A DNA stretch of 62,013 nt, counting the filler, from Bdellovibrionota bacterium (GTDB lineage Bacteria; Bdellovibrionota; Bdellovibrionia; Bdellovibrionales; JAEYZS01): NCBI GenBank assembly GCA_963169515.1. It is 8 parts of 8 records of this genome, joined end to end, with 100 filler letters (N's around TTAATTAATTAA, not from the genome) between each part and the next. Parts side by side here need not be neighbours in the genome. Positions count along the whole stretch, not along the records: positions 59,024 to 62,013 come from CAUJEF010000150.1; 7 more parts are not named here. The stretch is one strand, 5' to 3'. Numbering within the stretch: position 1 is the first letter of the stretch; the number at the start of each line of letters is the position of its first letter. The notes below the pieces were generated by a model, which saw only the letters and a list, made by a program, of their open reading frames with translations, was not told where the DNA came from and did no database searches. Below are positions 59,024 to 62,013 of this stretch, piece by piece. A program made the translations under genes and the position numbers.

Positions 59024-61442
59024 CATGTGGAGATTCCACGCGTATTGCACCTGAAAGCTCAGTGTTAAATACTGACGAAACATTATGATCAGACACGATA
59101 GAAAGCAGCGGTGCAAAATTCCATTTTTGTGTCGAAAATATCAACTTAAAGGGAGCCTCTTTAGTCAGTGGAATAATAAAATCGCCTTTGATTGTTTGGC
59201 CGAATAGGGTTGCGTTTCCGGCAATTTGTGTTCGCTTAAAAGACAAGTCAAACTCTGAATTATCCATTGGCTGGTGCGCGATTTGAGTTTGTGAGAGCTT
59301 ACCATTGAAGTGAGTGTCAGGCTTTAAGATATGATCAGAGAGACCCATGGTGAAATCCAAACGACTGGTCAGGTCCATATCCGACTTGGTGAAAATATTA
59401 AAATCTTGAATGTTGAAATTTTCACCAATAACTTGTGCTTTCACCTGGCCCGTCGGATAAGCATTCCCCAAGAGTGTAGCAACCCCAGAGCCCTTTTTTA
59501 AATGTGCGTTTTGCGTTGTAACATTTCCATTTTTCGACCTGACATTGAATACAGCTTCATCAAATGTCTCGCCCGCAACGTGGCCCCGAACAAACTTTGA
59601 TTTTAAATTGTAACTTAAAAGTGAGAACTCAAGCGGCCCATCAAGTTCTACCTGGCCTGTACCACCGCCATAGATTTCAAATGGGAGCGATACTTTTCGT
59701 TCGAATAGCTTCTGGATATCGCCCAATTCCACATAGGGTAAATTCACGTTTGCAGATATGCGAGAATCGTGGAGATCAATTGTTGTAGTTCCGGTGTATT
59801 TGGTTGTGTGAAATAGGCCGTTTATATTTTTGAAATAAAGATTGCCTTTGCTGTAACTGATATTGGCCTTCCATTTTCCCAACCCATAATCAGTAATCCA
59901 GGAATTATCAGCTTGACCCTCTAGCGCGAAGACGGCGCTTTTGCTGCCACCCTTTGTTGACCCTTTAAGGGACGCTATACCTTCTAATTTCAAATTCGAG
60001 AGGTCAATGTCTTGAAAATTAAATTTTGGGGTATCATAGAAAAACTCAAATCCCTTGGAGTAGTTCACATATCCGTGGGCAGTTCCAACAGATTCAGATC
60101 CGATCGATAGCGTGGCAGATGTTTTTACTTGGGTCTTGGAAACCTCAACAGTGCCTTTTACGCTGCCAGAGACAAACTTTACAATATCTTTGTTGTTACC
60201 ATAGACGCGAAACTTCGCAAGGTTGAGAGTGCCCGTGCACTTAAGTAAGACCTCGGCCTTCAGATTGCCTTCACACGGTAGGCTTGTATTCACAAGAAGT
60301 TGTACGGGGACTTCACCCAAGCCCAAGTTCTTTAAAAGAGTTTGCAATTGGACATCGGTGATTTTAATGTCGGTATTAAAATGCATATTGCCATCTAAAA
60401 GAAGTTTTAGATTTTCATCCTCAACTTTACCTGCATCATTTGTGACGGTGAGCTTTGAAACATTAAGGTTTTTGTCTTGGAAATTCGCAACTATTTTGGA
60501 TTGTCCAATTACAAACTGATTAATTCGAAGATCTGCAGTTTGTATTTGTGTCGTAATGCTGATGGGGCTTTGTTGGTCCTTTTTAATGACCATTTGATTT
60601 ACAAAGTGTCCAGATATTTTAGGGATTTTATCCGGGCCCAGAATTTTAACCGTTTCGTTATAAATATTTTCAAGATGCAAGTCTGTCTTAATTTTTAACT
60701 GAATCTTGCGAACTTCTGCCAGGTTCGTGTCGGCCTGTCCCGTAGCAAGCAAGTAAGAATCACCCTGTCTGATTTTAAGCGCAGAAAGATAAACTTGTTT
60801 TTGGTCGACCAAAAATCGCGCTCCGATGCCCATATCCAAAAATTCGGCACCATATTTCGGATGCGATATTTGAATTGATGGCGTGATAATCGAAACCAGC
60901 GCAGAGCTTTGACGGTTTTCAATTTCAAGGGATAGGCGTTGGATGTTAATATTAGGGATATCTGCATCTCCCTTTGTTTGTATGTTCATGTTGAGAATGC
61001 TAAAAAGTGACACGGGCACGTCAAGCAGTTTTGAAATTTTAATTGGCTCCCTGTTCCCTGAGGATTTTAAAAAATCAAAAGACTTGATAACAACCGTGGG
61101 CTCATTCAATTGAACCTTTGAAATTTGAATATGGCCCGTGATCAAGCTCCAAATGCTCAGCTGAATATTTACACGTTTTATGTGGATCGCTTCTAGATTT
61201 TTTTCTTGTTTTTTTTCGGGATAGAGACGGAGATTTTCAAGAATTACGCCTAACGGGATGGCTGTGAATTTCATATCTGAAATTAATATGCGCATTGGAG
61301 CCGGGCGACTTCTTTGTTCGATTTGATCAATGAGCCAAATTTTAAAATTTGGAACATGATAGGAATACGTGAACCCAAGCATGACAAACAGCCCTGCGAT
61401 TAACGAATACTTTATAATCGTTTTTGCTCGAACCTTTTTCAC
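59024..61442 (-). CDS. AsmA/TamB-like large envelope protein, 3'-truncated
   Basis: N-terminal TM anchor, AsmA-like N-terminus, long amphipathic beta-repeat sequence. Confidence 0.75.
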
Positions 61443-62013
61443 CTACTTAGGGCCTTCCATTCTCGCAGCAGGGTTTGTGCCGTGGTATGAGAGGGTTTTT
61501 CTTTTAGCATCTTTTCTAGAATTTGTATCGCGCTTTCTCGGTCATTCAGTCCCCACAGCGCTTTTGCCTTTAACACAAGAGAGCTGTAGACCGTCTCGGG
61601 ATCGCTCGCGTATTTTATTTCTATGTGGCTTAGCTCTGTAAGCACCTCTAGAAATAATTTGTTTTCATGTAAAAGCTCAACGCGCAGCCAATCCTTCGCC
61701 GCTGAGGCCGGGGCATGGTTGAGAGCAGCGAGTGCTTCTTTGAAACATTCCATTTGATAAAGCGCAACGGAAATTTCATAGGCGGTAGAAGTATCAGCTG
61801 CTGCTGCGGCGATGAACGATTTTGCCATTTTGTGATCAAGCTTGTGTTCTATGAAGTGGGGCTCGCGGCCGAACAGTTCAGATTCCTTTCGGCGTAGGAG
61901 CTCGCGTATTTTTACAAGTGATGCGTCTTCGGTTCTTTTGGCAAGAGTTTTATCTTGTGGATCGAGTACTTTGATTTTATCGATGACCTGCAGCTCTTCT
62001 TCATGAAGGCGGT
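61439..62013 (-). CDS. TPR-like protein, 5'-truncated
   Basis: Frame of ORF 61439..61828 stays open to the window end; TPR-like helices (KAKALWGL...AIQILEKML). Confidence 0.7.
   Translation of the reverse strand, partial: RLHEEELQVIDKIKVLDPQDKTLAKRTEDASLVKIRELLRRKESELFGREPHFIEHKLDHKMAKSFIAAAAADTSTAYEISVALYQMECFKEALAALNHAPASAAKDWLRVELLHENKLFLEVLTELSHIEIKYASDPETVYSSLVLKAKALWGLNDRESAIQILEKMLKEKPSHTTAQTLLREWKALSR

Overview
This is not one continuous locus. Eight contigs are joined by seven artificial 100-nt linkers (N44-TTAATTAATTAA-N44), so gene adjacency across a linker means nothing. Gene content suggests a Bdellovibrionota-like genome or MAG (inference from the TIGR02147-like regulator, Tad-like gene and Y1 transposase). 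Most of the window is housekeeping: anmK/amgK/murU-like, dinB, ClC, degP, MoxR-Bat, an NtrC-type regulator, ileS-lspA, alr-mlaEFD, hflX-maeB, thiolase-FadJ-like, bamA-skp-fabZ-lpxA-gnnA-like-lpxB-lpxK and tamB-like. Five things stand out. (1) A ~7.7 kb element next to tRNA-Gln(UUG) encodes a tyrosine integrase, an XRE regulator and an SSB-like/FtsK(TcpA-like)/Rep_trans module with no T4SS or capsid genes. (2) Its ABC-F cargo has a tripeptide uORF and anti-SD hairpin leader. (3) A secreted Cys/His-rich peptide is paired with a DUF2063-like partner but no MNIO enzyme. (4) REP-like GGTGCCTGGCACC units sit at convergent gene ends, and a RAYT-like transposase is present. (5) A MepA-like gene is interrupted by one in-frame TAG. 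All family calls are by-eye motif recognition; no searches were run.
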